Shown: positions 16,856-27,386 of the stretch, piece after piece
Layout: each line of letters opens with the position of its first letter
Numbering within the stretch: the first letter of the stretch is position 1
Assembly: GCA_016839055.1 (NCBI GenBank)
Contig: JAEKNX010000001.1
Location: forward strand, 303,693-367,692
Source of the DNA: Spirochaetales bacterium
GTDB taxonomy: Bacteria > Spirochaetota > Spirochaetia > UBA9216
Direction: 5' to 3'
Length of the DNA stretch: 64,000 bases
Translations under genes and position numbers: made by a program
Notes under the pieces: model-generated
What the model was told of the DNA's origin: nothing
The model's input: only the letters and a program-made list of their open reading frames with translations
Databases searched by the model: none

Positions 16856-18838
16856 ATGGAAATACCCGGAATAATAAAAAATGATCCCTACCTGCAGCCG
16901 TATACGGAAAAGATAAACTATCGAATCAGACGGTTTACAGACATCAGATCAGAACTATATGAAAAGTCAGAAGGAAGCGGCAGGGCGTATGAGTATTACG
17001 GTGAACACCGCCTGGGAAACTCTATTGTTATCAGAGAATGGGCGCCCAACGCATCGGCAATTTTTCTGATCTGTGATCATAACAACTGGCGGAAGTCGGA
17101 GGAGCTTGCTTTCCGAAGACTCGGAAGCTATGGAGACTGGGAGATTATTGTTCCTGAGGCAATTCTTAAGCATGGGAGTCTTTACCGTTTGCTTGTAGAA
17201 TGGTCCGGTGGACAGGGAGAGAGAATTCCCGCCTATGCAAGGAGGGTCGTCCAGGATCCGCAGACCTATATTTTCAGTACTCAGGTGTGGTTTCCTAAAG
17301 AAGAATACCGCTTCAAGTATAAATCTGAAGACGCCGCCGGGGGCAGGCTGTTCATATATGAGGCTCATATCGGGATGGCTGTTGAAGAAGGGGGAGTCGG
17401 AACTTTTAGCGGATTCAGGGAGCATGTCCTTCCGCGGATAATAAGTTCGGGGTTCAACACAATTCAGCTGATGGCCCTGATGGAGCATCCGTTTTACGGC
17501 TCATTCGGCTATCAGGTTTCAAGTTTCTTCGCCTTATCTTCAAGATATGGAACCCCTGAGGAATTCAAACAGTTAGTTGACGAATGTCATAAAAACAATA
17601 TCAGGGTGATTATGGATCTTGTTCACAGTCACGCGGTTAAAAACGAGGTTGAAGGCATAAGCAAGCAGGACGGCAGTGATTTTCTATACTTTCATGAAGG
17701 CGGACGGGGCGACCATCCGGCCTGGGATTCTCGATGTTTCAATTACGGTAAACCTGGGGTTCGAAATTTCCTTCTCTCAAACTGTGCCTGGTGGATTGAA
17801 GAATATAACATCGATGGTTACCGTTTTGACGGTGTAACGAGCATGCTCTATAATGACCACGGACTGGGAGTGTCGTTTGACCACTACGACAAGTATTTCG
17901 ACGAAAATGTTGATGAGGACGCCGTCCTCTACCTTGCTCTGGCCAATGATCTGATTCACAGAATTAAACCGGAGGCGATCACAATAGCCGAAGATATGAG
18001 CGGACTGCCGGGCATAGCCGCCCCGCTAAAAGACGGCGGATGCGGCTTCGACTACCGACTTACAATGGGAATACCGGATTACTGGATAAAGCTTCTTAAA
18101 GAGGTGAGTGATGAAAACTGGAACGTCTCTGAAATCTGGAATGTTATGAATAACCGTAGATTCTCTGAAAAGCATATAGCCTACTGCGAGAGTCATGATC
18201 AGGCCCTTGTTGGAGACAAGACCTTGATTTTCAGACTTATTGACGCCGATATGTACAGCGGCATGAGCATCGGTTCCGGGTCGGTCAGGGTTGAGCGCGG
18301 TATTGCCCTGATTAAAATTATAAATTTGCTTACTATGTCCGCCGCCGGTGACGGTTATCTGAACTTCATGGGAAATGAGTTCGGGCATCCGGAATGGATT
18401 GATTTTCCAAGAGAGGGAAACGGCTGGAGCTATCATTATGCAAGGCGGCAGTGGTCGCTCGCCGATAATAAGGAGCTGCGGTATTCGAGGCTGCTTCGAT
18501 TTTCATCTGATATGCTTAAATACTGCGCCGGCTCACTCAATGCTCAGTATTCAAGACTTATAATGAGCAATAACAGCGATCAGATCCTTGCATGGGAACG
18601 CGGCGGGCTGATCTTCGTAATAAATCTGAACTCCAAGAGGTCGTTTACCGATTACGGAATTGAAGCCCCTGCCGGTAAATGGGTTCTGGTGCTTAACAGT
18701 GATTCGGAGATATATGACGGACACGGCAGGATTCCGGACGGACTTGAAATTTCTTCAGTAACGGATGAAAAAGGAGTCAGCAGGATAACACCCTATATTC
18801 CATCAAGGACCGCTCAGGTTTTTAAGAAAGCAGATTGA
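16856..18838 (+). CDS. glgB: 1,4-alpha-glucan branching enzyme, eukaryote-like GH13_8 type
   Basis: 660 aa. HPFYGSFGYQVSSFFALSSRYGTPEEFKQLVDECHKNNIRVIMDLVHSHA and the GYRFDGVTSM, EDMSG, CESHDQALVGDKT catalytic regions fit the GH13 branching-enzyme pattern. The VVHSHA form and length suggest the GH13_8 (eukaryote/Bacteroidetes-type) subfamily rather than E. coli-type GH13_9. Confidence 0.8.
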   Translation: MEIPGIIKNDPYLQPYTEKINYRIRRFTDIRSELYEKSEGSGRAYEYYGEHRLGNSIVIREWAPNASAIFLICDHNNWRKSEELAFRRLGSYGDWEIIVPEAILKHGSLYRLLVEWSGGQGERIPAYARRVVQDPQTYIFSTQVWFPKEEYRFKYKSEDAAGGRLFIYEAHIGMAVEEGGVGTFSGFREHVLPRIISSGFNTIQLMALMEHPFYGSFGYQVSSFFALSSRYGTPEEFKQLVDECHKNNIRVIMDLVHSHAVKNEVEGISKQDGSDFLYFHEGGRGDHPAWDSRCFNYGKPGVRNFLLSNCAWWIEEYNIDGYRFDGVTSMLYNDHGLGVSFDHYDKYFDENVDEDAVLYLALANDLIHRIKPEAITIAEDMSGLPGIAAPLKDGGCGFDYRLTMGIPDYWIKLLKEVSDENWNVSEIWNVMNNRRFSEKHIAYCESHDQALVGDKTLIFRLIDADMYSGMSIGSGSVRVERGIALIKIINLLTMSAAGDGYLNFMGNEFGHPEWIDFPREGNGWSYHYARRQWSLADNKELRYSRLLRFSSDMLKYCAGSLNAQYSRLIMSNNSDQILAWERGGLIFVINLNSKRSFTDYGIEAPAGKWVLVLNSDSEIYDGHGRIPDGLEISSVTDEKGVSRITPYIPSRTAQVFKKAD

Positions 18839-18846
18839 GGTTTGTA

Positions 18847-20814
18847 ATGAATAATATTAATGGTCCATTTGAGTTAGATAACGACCTTGAATGGCTGGAG
18901 ACAAATCAGGCGGGTGCGTTCTGCTGTTCTACAGTTCTTGACTGTCCGTCAAGAAAGTACCATGGCCTGCTTGTGACTCCCATCGAGGGGGCTGAAGGAA
19001 GATATCACATTCTTTCATCTGTCGACGCGGCGGTGAGCGGTAAGCCGGATTACACCCTCGGCACAAGCCGGTATCCAATGGCTGTTCACCCCGAATCATA
19101 TAAAAACCTAGACATGGTGGAATTGCTTCCATGGCCTGCCTGGCGTTACCGGAGAGACGGACTTGTAATCAGGAAAGAAGTGTTCATGTGTCCCGCACAG
19201 AAGGCTGTCTACCTAGTCTTCCTGCTCGAAGAAGGGGCCGCCCGGATTTGTCTTGATCTGAAGTTTCTGTTTACCTTCAGAAACAGCCATAATCTCACTC
19301 GAAAAAATAATGATATTAATCCGGAAATAAGAAAGGGTGACCGTCTCAGACTGAAACCTTATGAGGGGATGCCCGAAGTTGAAATTACATTTTCCGGGGA
19401 GTGGAGCCAGGAAGGCGATATATACTGGGATTATAACATCGAATATCCTGAAGAACTGGAGAGGGGGTTGGAATATTCTGAAGACAGATTCGTTCCTGGA
19501 CAGGCCTCGATATCACTCAATAAAGGCACTGCCTTTGTCATAAGGGTGGCTGTCGAACAGGACTCCGGGTTTGATCCTGGGCTTCTCCCCGGGATGAGGG
19601 ATGAGCAGTTGAAGATGAGGCAGAAAGATGTTGCCCTAATTGACCGCCCTGAAGCGCTTCTGAGGTATAATGCCAGGCATTTTATGCTCGTTAATCCTTC
19701 GGGTAAGAAGTCGGTGAATGCCGGATATCCATGGTTCGGTGAATGGGGCCGCGATACGATGATAGCTCTGCCAGGGCTTACCTGTTATAACGGCCATACA
19801 GATTCCTGTGTCGATGTTCTTTGTGACTACATCTCGATGATTAAAGACGGACTTCTTCCCAATACCCTTGGAGAGACTCAGGGGTATACTTCATATAATT
19901 CAATTGACGCGGGCCTGCTTTTCTGCAGAGCCGTAATTAATCTGATGAAAACAGGTTACGGCGTATCTGAGGCGGAGAAGAAAGTCCTGCATAAAAGATT
20001 TCTGCCCGCTGTTGAAGGACTTGTTGATGCCTTCATCCAGGGACGGGTTCCTGGAACAAGGCTCAATTCTGACGGACTAATTTCCTCGGGCAACAGGAAT
20101 ACGCAGCTGACATGGATGGATGCTACGGCCTGGGGCCATCCGGTGACGCCCAGGTGCGGTTTTGCTGTCGATATAAACGCCCTATGGTTTGACGCTCTTT
20201 GTCTTTGTCGAAGTTTAAGTGAAGCTGGCGGAAAAAGAGTGGCCCCGGCGGTTATTGTTCTGCTTGAGAGTATCCCTGAGAGTTTCCGGAAGATGTTCTG
20301 GATTGACGACGGTGAGTACCTGACTGATACTGTCTACGATGGAAAGCCGGACTATAAGATACGGCCCAACATGCTTTTCGCCTCATCCGCCACGGAAGGG
20401 CTTCTGGATGACAGGCAAAAAAAAGCGGTTGTCGCTGCGGCGCAAAGGCATCTGCTGACTCCGCTGGGGCTGCGGACCCTGTCTCCTGAAGATGAGGAAT
20501 TTTGCCCTTATTATACAGGTGGTCCTGATGAGAGGGATTCACGCTATCATCAAGGAACTGTATGGCCCTGGTTGCTTGGCATAATGATAGAGTCATCGAT
20601 AAATTGCTCAAATGAGCCTGTAAAAATTGCTGAATCATGGGCAGGGTATCTTGATAATTTACTGAAGATTCATCTTAATAATCAGGGATGGGGATTTATT
20701 TCCGAAATATTCGACGGAAGGACACCCGGGAAAGGCAAGGGCTGTTTTGCCCAGGCTTGGAGCAGCGGGGAGATTATAAGGGCATATTCCATCATTCAAG
20801 AAGTACTGAAATAA
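18847..20814 (+). CDS. Amylo-alpha-1,6-glucosidase / glycogen-debranching-enzyme C-terminal (GDE_C, (alpha/alpha)6-barrel) family protein
   Basis: About 655 aa. GYPWFGEWGRDTMIALPGL and the downstream acidic barrel motifs match the GDE_C family. The ATG at 18847 has a GAGG RBS; the ORF track started at an upstream TTG. Confidence 0.7.
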   Translation: MNNINGPFELDNDLEWLETNQAGAFCCSTVLDCPSRKYHGLLVTPIEGAEGRYHILSSVDAAVSGKPDYTLGTSRYPMAVHPESYKNLDMVELLPWPAWRYRRDGLVIRKEVFMCPAQKAVYLVFLLEEGAARICLDLKFLFTFRNSHNLTRKNNDINPEIRKGDRLRLKPYEGMPEVEITFSGEWSQEGDIYWDYNIEYPEELERGLEYSEDRFVPGQASISLNKGTAFVIRVAVEQDSGFDPGLLPGMRDEQLKMRQKDVALIDRPEALLRYNARHFMLVNPSGKKSVNAGYPWFGEWGRDTMIALPGLTCYNGHTDSCVDVLCDYISMIKDGLLPNTLGETQGYTSYNSIDAGLLFCRAVINLMKTGYGVSEAEKKVLHKRFLPAVEGLVDAFIQGRVPGTRLNSDGLISSGNRNTQLTWMDATAWGHPVTPRCGFAVDINALWFDALCLCRSLSEAGGKRVAPAVIVLLESIPESFRKMFWIDDGEYLTDTVYDGKPDYKIRPNMLFASSATEGLLDDRQKKAVVAAAQRHLLTPLGLRTLSPEDEEFCPYYTGGPDERDSRYHQGTVWPWLLGIMIESSINCSNEPVKIAESWAGYLDNLLKIHLNNQGWGFISEIFDGRTPGKGKGCFAQAWSSGEIIRAYSIIQEVLK

Positions 20815-20832
20815 ACATACAGAGGCAATAGT

Positions 20833-23265
20833 ATGAAAGAAATTAAAAGAAAAGGAAATTCCGAAACTGAACTCATGGAAGGCTTCCTTGAACATTTAAA
20901 ATACAGTCTCGCAGTTAGTCTTGAAAACAGCCACAGCACAGATAAATATATAGCTCTTGCATACACCGTTCGCGACAGGATAATCGAACGGTGGTTTGAC
21001 ACAAAGCGGACGCATGAGGAGAAGAAGGCAAAGTCGGTAAACTATTTTTCATTCGAATTTCTCATGGGCCGGGCCATGAGTAACAACATGATCAATCTCG
21101 GCATCAAGACTGAGGTTGATAAGATGCTGATTGAACTAGGAATCAACTGGGAAGAAATATCCTCAGCTATGGTTGATTCGGGCCTCGGGAACGGCGGACT
21201 CGGACGTCTTGCGGCCTGCTTTCTTGACTCACTTGCTACTCTTGAGATTCCGGCCTACGGCTACGGCCTGCGGTATAAATACGGTTTTTTCAAACAGATA
21301 ATAATAAACGGATATCAGATCGAAGAAGCCGATGACTGGCTGAAAGGAAAAAATCCCTGGGAGATCAGGCGGAATGATATTCCCGTAAAGGTGCAGTTCA
21401 GGGGGCGGGTAGCCAGAAATAAAAAAGGCAGGTGCTTCTGGGTCGATACATCCGATATAATCGGAATACCATATGATACGCCCATTGTCGGTTATGGCGG
21501 GAATACAGTAAATACGCTCAGGCTTTGGGATTCAAAGAGTTCGGAGCAGTTTGACTATCAGGCCTTTAATCAGGGAGATTATTTTAATTCTCTCGATGAA
21601 GAGGTTCTTGCCGAGACCCTTACGCAGGTACTCTATCCGAATGATTCAATATATTCCGGCAAGGAACTCAGATTCAAGCAGCAGTTTTTCTTTGTGAGCG
21701 CATCTCTACAGGATATTTTTCGGCGGTTTAGTAAACTGGATCTGTCGATTGAACATTTTCCTGAAAAAATGGCCATCCAGCTCAATGACACTCATCCTGC
21801 CATAGCTGTAGCCGAGCTGATGAGACTGCTGGTTGATATCGAACAGCTTGACTGGGACGCCGCCTGGGATATAACGAACAGGACTCTCGGATATACAAAC
21901 CATACCCTGATGCCGGAAGCCCTGGAATCCTGGCCTGTTGAGATGTTTGAGAAGTATCTTCCGCGGCATCTCGAGATTATTTATCAGATAAACCACTTTT
22001 TCCTTCAGACTGTTGCCGGGCTCTATCCGGGAGACCAGGGCAAACTTCAGCGGCTGTCCCTGATTGGCGAAGAAGGCGATAAGAAGATAAGGATGGCCCC
22101 CCTTGCAATTCTTGGTTCCCACTCGGTGAACGGTGTTGCCGAGCTTCATTCAAAGCTGGTGAAAGAAAAGCTTGTGCCCGATTTTTATCAGATATTTCCA
22201 GAGAGATTCAATAACAAGACAAACGGAATAACTCAGAGGCGATGGCTGCTGAAGGCAAACCCGGAGCTGTCTGCTTTGATAACAGAGTCGATAGGTGACG
22301 GCTGGATAACCGATCTCAGAGGTTTGAAGAAACTCAATATGTACTCCGATGATTCGGCATTTCTGGGACGTCTGGACAAGATTAAACGCGGCGGAAAGCA
22401 GGAGCTCTCTGATTTTTGTTTCAAGAATTACGGCTACAGACTTAACCCTGACTCAATGTTTGATGTCCAGGTTAAGAGGATACATGAATACAAAAGGCAG
22501 CTGCTCAATGTTCTTCACATAGTAGCCCTCTATAATAGGGTGAGATCCGGTAAAATCATCCATCCCCGTACATTCATCTTCAGTGGAAAGGCCGCGCCGG
22601 GTTACGAGGCTGCAAAACTTATAATAAAGCTGATAAATAACATCAGCAGGGTCATAAACGGTGATAAATCGATGAAGGGAATGCTGGAGGTTCACTTCCT
22701 GCCCAACTACAATGTTTCTCTTGCCGAAAAAATATTTCCGGCGGCTGAATTGTCCGAACAGATCTCTACTGCCGGAACAGAAGCCTCGGGTACCGGAAAC
22801 ATGAAGTTCATGCTTAACGGTGCTTTGACAATAGGAACCCTCGACGGAGCAAACATCGAGATCCTCGAGGAAGTCGGGGCGGAAAACATGTTTATTTTCG
22901 GCCTGAAAACCGAGGAAATTGAAACTCTGCGCCACAACTACAGCCCCGAAGACTATCTTGGAGACGAGGAAATAAATGAGGTAATCAAACTGATAGCAAG
23001 CGGATATTTTAATATAAGTGAAGCGGATATTTTTGAGCCGCTAATACGTAATCTTACGACCTATGATCATTATATGCATATGGCGGATTTCGGTTCTTAC
23101 ATTAAAGCTCAGAATACGGCAGGTGAAAAATATCTTGACAGGCCGGCATGGCTTCGTTCGTCCCTTTTAAACATAGCTAATTCGGGGAAATTTTCATCAG
23201 ATAGAACCATAGCCGAATATGCCTCCGATATCTGGGACGTCAAGGCCTGCCATGTCCCTAAATAA
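20833..23265 (+). CDS. glgP: Glycogen/maltodextrin phosphorylase
   Basis: 810 aa with the GT35 pyridoxal-phosphate motif EASGTGNMKFMLNGALTIGTLDGANIEI. Confidence 0.9.
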   Translation: MKEIKRKGNSETELMEGFLEHLKYSLAVSLENSHSTDKYIALAYTVRDRIIERWFDTKRTHEEKKAKSVNYFSFEFLMGRAMSNNMINLGIKTEVDKMLIELGINWEEISSAMVDSGLGNGGLGRLAACFLDSLATLEIPAYGYGLRYKYGFFKQIIINGYQIEEADDWLKGKNPWEIRRNDIPVKVQFRGRVARNKKGRCFWVDTSDIIGIPYDTPIVGYGGNTVNTLRLWDSKSSEQFDYQAFNQGDYFNSLDEEVLAETLTQVLYPNDSIYSGKELRFKQQFFFVSASLQDIFRRFSKLDLSIEHFPEKMAIQLNDTHPAIAVAELMRLLVDIEQLDWDAAWDITNRTLGYTNHTLMPEALESWPVEMFEKYLPRHLEIIYQINHFFLQTVAGLYPGDQGKLQRLSLIGEEGDKKIRMAPLAILGSHSVNGVAELHSKLVKEKLVPDFYQIFPERFNNKTNGITQRRWLLKANPELSALITESIGDGWITDLRGLKKLNMYSDDSAFLGRLDKIKRGGKQELSDFCFKNYGYRLNPDSMFDVQVKRIHEYKRQLLNVLHIVALYNRVRSGKIIHPRTFIFSGKAAPGYEAAKLIIKLINNISRVINGDKSMKGMLEVHFLPNYNVSLAEKIFPAAELSEQISTAGTEASGTGNMKFMLNGALTIGTLDGANIEILEEVGAENMFIFGLKTEEIETLRHNYSPEDYLGDEEINEVIKLIASGYFNISEADIFEPLIRNLTTYDHYMHMADFGSYIKAQNTAGEKYLDRPAWLRSSLLNIANSGKFSSDRTIAEYASDIWDVKACHVPK

Positions 23266-24871
23266 CAGACTTATTTCTCCGGAGAGCAGCCGGCTGAGTG
23301 TTTTTATAAATGACAAGCCGGTTCCCGATAAAGTCCGTCTTCTGAGGCTCTACGCCGGTGATTATTTGACATTGAAGGTGGAGATAACATCAAAAAAAAG
23401 CTGGGATGAATTTCTACTGCATACCGACCTGGGAGGCAGCTGGTCATATCTCAGTTTTAATAAAGATGAGACTGATGAGTCCTGCTATACTCTTGAACTT
23501 AAGATAGCCGGAGCAGGAGAGTTTTGTTTTCGTTATGCCGCATCCGATGAGAATAGTCTGTACTGGGAGCCGGCACCCTATCACCGGCTTCTTGCCGACC
23601 CGGCAGTTATGGATGGGCTCACAATGTACACACTCATTCCTAATGTCAGCGGACCTGTAAGTGCGTGGAGCAGAAAGCTGCCGGAAATTGCCGCAATGGG
23701 ATTTAACACCATACATTTGCTGCCGGTAACCATGATGGGCTCATCCGAGAGCCCTTACTCCGCCGCGGATCTCTTTAGTCTTGATCCGGCATGGGGAAAG
23801 GACATCGGCGACTTTAAGACCTTCGCAAAGGAGGCCTCCGCAGCCGGGATTATGCTCTGTCTTGATATGGTTCTCAATCACATCAGTATTGATAACCCGG
23901 TATGCACCAAGCATGCTGATTGGCTGATACCCGATGACCAGAGGCCTGACGGACTGAAGCGTGCCGGCTGCTGGCATCACCGGGACTGGATAAGCTGGGA
24001 GGATCTCGTTCTCATCAATTATGATCATCCGGTCAATACCGTTAGAGCCGAAATTTATGACTACATGAGGTCATATATCGATTATTGGATAGAAGCCTCC
24101 GGCGGGAAAGACATAATGATAAGGCTTGATAATCTCCATTCATCAAATCAGCCCTTCATCGGCTGGCTTCTTCCTGAAATAAGATTAAAGTGGCCGGACG
24201 TGATTATCCTATCGGAATACTTCGGAGCCGAAGATCACTTAAATGAGGCTGTACAAACTTTCGGTCTGAACCTGCTTATGGCTAATTCATGGGAGTATCC
24301 CTTTGCTCCGGTTCTTCAGAATTATCTCTCCGGTCTGCATTCGCCGGAAACTTCAGCTAAATATCTTATCGAACCATCCTCACATGATACGGGCAGTATT
24401 CCCGAACTCTTCGGTTCCGTTAGTTCCTCGATTCCGCGTTATCTCTGCTGTGCGTTAATGGGTACAGGGCAGACCGGAATAATACAGGGTTTTGAATACG
24501 GCGCGGCAGAAAAAATAAACTTTATCGGGCGGATACCTGAAAAAAGACCCGAAGCAGAATGGAATTTTACCGGTATGATATCTGCGGTAAACAACATACT
24601 ACATGAATATCCCTGCTTCAGGAAAAAAGGTAATATCGTTTTCCTGGAAACAGGCTGTGACAGTCTGATTGCCTGCAGGCGGACCGGCGAGGGGGCAGAG
24701 TTTATCATAGCGGTAAATCTGGATACCGGGGCGCAGCATGATTTATATATAAATTCCGGAAACCGTTTTCAGTTTATCCTGTCCGAGAATGTTGAGCGGG
24801 AATCGACTGATAATAAAATAGTATTGAAAGCCTGCGGGGTTTGTGTTCTGAAGAATATTATCACCGTATAG
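23252..24871 (+). CDS. GH13 alpha-amylase-family enzyme with an N-terminal beta-sandwich domain (possible glucanotransferase partner of the GDE-type glucosidase)
   Basis: GH13 regions I-IV are recognisable: DMVLNHIS, IRLDNLHS (nucleophile Asp), SEYFG (acid/base Glu), SSHDT. The N-terminal ~150 aa look like a carbohydrate-binding or linker domain. The start is placed at the internal Met (MSLNNR), overlapping the glgP stop by 14 nt. Confidence 0.65.
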   Translation: MSLNNRLISPESSRLSVFINDKPVPDKVRLLRLYAGDYLTLKVEITSKKSWDEFLLHTDLGGSWSYLSFNKDETDESCYTLELKIAGAGEFCFRYAASDENSLYWEPAPYHRLLADPAVMDGLTMYTLIPNVSGPVSAWSRKLPEIAAMGFNTIHLLPVTMMGSSESPYSAADLFSLDPAWGKDIGDFKTFAKEASAAGIMLCLDMVLNHISIDNPVCTKHADWLIPDDQRPDGLKRAGCWHHRDWISWEDLVLINYDHPVNTVRAEIYDYMRSYIDYWIEASGGKDIMIRLDNLHSSNQPFIGWLLPEIRLKWPDVIILSEYFGAEDHLNEAVQTFGLNLLMANSWEYPFAPVLQNYLSGLHSPETSAKYLIEPSSHDTGSIPELFGSVSSSIPRYLCCALMGTGQTGIIQGFEYGAAEKINFIGRIPEKRPEAEWNFTGMISAVNNILHEYPCFRKKGNIVFLETGCDSLIACRRTGEGAEFIIAVNLDTGAQHDLYINSGNRFQFILSENVERESTDNKIVLKACGVCVLKNIITV

Positions 24872-24881
24872 GAGTTGATAG

Positions 24882-26348
24882 ATGAAAAAGATATTGATGC
24901 TGACAAGTGAAACGGTTCCTTATGCCAAAACAGGCGGGCTGGCCGATGTTGTGACGGCTCTAGCTATCGAACTTAAACGGCTTGGCCATGATGTGAGGGT
25001 ACTCATGCCCAGATACTACCATATAGACAGAAGCAGTCTGAAAAGACACGACAGCGCGCTGGGAATATGGCTTGGAAGTGGAGAAGAATGGACTGCTGTA
25101 TATGAAGGACATCTTCCGGGTACTGAAGTGCCGGTATATTTTCTCGATCATGAGCGTTTTTTCGGACGCGACGGGATATACGGAGCCCGGCCTGATGATG
25201 GGTTTGAGGACAACGCAGCGAGATACTCGCTGCTCGCGCGCGGGGCCTTCCAGCTGTGTAGAATGCTGCACTGGTTTCCGGATATAATTCATGCACATGA
25301 CTGGCCGGCGGCTCCGGCCTGCTATCTGCTTAAGAAAGAAGAGGGGCACCGGGAATTCTCGAAGACCAGGAGCGTGCTGACAATCCACAATCTTGGATAT
25401 CAGGGAATCTTTGCCCTGAATGACGCTGTTTATCTGCAGCCTGAACTAGACGTATTAAATCTTTCAACAATAGAGTACTCGGGTGCTTTTAATTTTCTGA
25501 AGGCAGGGATAATGACAGCTGATAAGATTACAACTGTCTCTCCAACCTATGCTGAGGAAATAAAGAGGCCGGAGTATGGTTTTGGGATGGACGGCCTGCT
25601 AAGATACCGCGAACGCGATCTGAGAGGGATTATAAACGGTATCGACTATTCAATCTGGAATCCTGAAACAGATGAATATATCAGCCCCAATAATTTTTCA
25701 GCCGACAATATCAGGAATAAAAAATTAGTTAAAAAAGATCTGCAGAAGAAAGCCGGACTCAAAGCCGCCGCCAATGTTCCGCTTGTCGGAATAGTAACCC
25801 GGCTTGTTGATCAGAAGGGAATTAAGGAATTATGTGCTCCAGGCAGTGGCGCACTATTTTCCATCTGTAGTGATTTTAATATACAATTCGTAATTCTCGG
25901 CTCGGGAGACTCATGGTGTGAAAAGGAACTGAACAGTTTGTCTTCCAAGCTTCCGAACCTGTCGGTGAAAATCGGTTATGACAATCATTTCGCTCACCTG
26001 ATAGAAGCCGGCTCTGATTTCTTTCTCATGCCCAGCCGGTATGAACCCTGCGGTCTCAACCAGCTGTATTCGCTTTCTTACGGGACCCTTCCTATAGTGC
26101 GGAGGACAGGAGGGCTTGCTGATACTGTTGAAAACTATGACATGGAAACCGGCGGCGGAACAGGCTTTCTCTTCGACGACCTGCGTCCGGATGTTCTCTA
26201 TGATGTCCTGAAATGGGTAGTAGAAACATGGGAACAGAGGATGCCGGACATCCTTGCGATGAGAAAGAGGGCAATGGAAAAGCGGTTTGCCTGGGAGAGT
26301 TCGGCCCAGGAGTATCTGGAAGTCTACTCTCAGGCGTTAAAACACTGA
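24882..26348 (+). CDS. glgA: Glycogen synthase (ADP-glucose type, GT5)
   Basis: 488 aa with N-terminal SETVPYAKTGGLADVV, the KTGGL motif of bacterial GlgA. Confidence 0.9.
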   Translation: MKKILMLTSETVPYAKTGGLADVVTALAIELKRLGHDVRVLMPRYYHIDRSSLKRHDSALGIWLGSGEEWTAVYEGHLPGTEVPVYFLDHERFFGRDGIYGARPDDGFEDNAARYSLLARGAFQLCRMLHWFPDIIHAHDWPAAPACYLLKKEEGHREFSKTRSVLTIHNLGYQGIFALNDAVYLQPELDVLNLSTIEYSGAFNFLKAGIMTADKITTVSPTYAEEIKRPEYGFGMDGLLRYRERDLRGIINGIDYSIWNPETDEYISPNNFSADNIRNKKLVKKDLQKKAGLKAAANVPLVGIVTRLVDQKGIKELCAPGSGALFSICSDFNIQFVILGSGDSWCEKELNSLSSKLPNLSVKIGYDNHFAHLIEAGSDFFLMPSRYEPCGLNQLYSLSYGTLPIVRRTGGLADTVENYDMETGGGTGFLFDDLRPDVLYDVLKWVVETWEQRMPDILAMRKRAMEKRFAWESSAQEYLEVYSQALKH

Positions 26349-26351
26349 TAA

Positions 26352-27308
26352 TCAGGTTTCGATGGTCATCAGGTCGTCATCATCAAGGTAGAGTTGGGGT
26401 TGATCCGGGAAAATATCGCTTATCAGCTTCTCTGTAAGAGTTGAGAGTTCCTTAGGAAAGGGTGAACCTGGATTTGTTAGAATAACAGGACTTCGCCTGA
26501 AAATTGAGGCCTGAACCTCTTTATCTTCCGGGAGATGTCCGAGGAAATTGAGCTCAATACCAATATTCTTCCAGGTTATGTCACGGAGTTTCATGCCCAG
26601 GTTTATGCTCTCCTGATTCTCGACCCTGTTTATCAAAACCATAGGTCTGAATTCTTTTATTTTTAATTCGGCAATTTCTCCGGAATCCTTCGAATACGCA
26701 TAGAGTTCATTTAGCAGATCATGGCTGAATGAGCGGCCGGAACCCTCCAATTTGCTGTTTACAAAATTATAGATTATATCACGCTCCATGCTTTTGGCCT
26801 TAAAACTCCGGAAGAGCAGCCTGAAAACTGATGTCTTTATGAAAGAATATGCATTCAGGACAGAGGTAGTCTCGGGAGTTGTGAAAATTATTCCGTTAGA
26901 GGAAATAAGAAAGAAATCGACAGTATTAAAGGTCGATCCGGCTGCCAGATCAAGGATGACGAAATCGGCCTCGAGATTATTAATCTGCTTGATAAGTTTC
27001 TGTTTTGTGAAGAACTGAAGATTTCCGGTTCCGGGATTAAGTGTGTCGCCAGGTACGAAGAATAGGTTTTCAATCTCAGTATTTACCATGATCTCTTCGA
27101 GAGAATCTTCCTGTTTGTTAATAACGGAACTGACACCCGAATGCCTGTTTTTTATTCCGAGACAGGTATGAAGGTTGCTTCCGCCTAGATCAAGGTCGAT
27201 GAGTACTGTTTTTTTTCCCAGCTGGGCCAGCTTTATGCCTAAATTAGAGGTGAAGATGGTTTTCCCCACACCTCCTTTTCCGCTTCCAATAGGTATTACA
27301 ATTGCCAT
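26352..27308 (-). CDS. ParA/MinD-family P-loop ATPase (orphan)
   Basis: 318 aa with the deviant Walker A IGSGKGGVGKT at the N-terminus and a Walker B VILDLAAG. No CxxC (not Mrp) and no partner parB/minE nearby. Confidence 0.7.
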   Translation of the reverse strand: MAIVIPIGSGKGGVGKTIFTSNLGIKLAQLGKKTVLIDLDLGGSNLHTCLGIKNRHSGVSSVINKQEDSLEEIMVNTEIENLFFVPGDTLNPGTGNLQFFTKQKLIKQINNLEADFVILDLAAGSTFNTVDFFLISSNGIIFTTPETTSVLNAYSFIKTSVFRLLFRSFKAKSMERDIIYNFVNSKLEGSGRSFSHDLLNELYAYSKDSGEIAELKIKEFRPMVLINRVENQESINLGMKLRDITWKNIGIELNFLGHLPEDKEVQASIFRRSPVILTNPGSPFPKELSTLTEKLISDIFPDQPQLYLDDDDLMTIET

Positions 27309-27386
27309 ATAATCAGGATAGTGAAGTTTTCTCCATTTTGCAATTAAAAAATTGAATAAATTACTTCTTTGATTTAATATATTTCC

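Noticed and set aside
23219-23251. Upstream start (MPPISGTSRPA...) of the GH13 gene, giving a 47-nt overlap with glgP.
   Set aside because: The extension is unconserved. The internal Met at 23252 gives a short 14-nt overlap typical of coupled genes.
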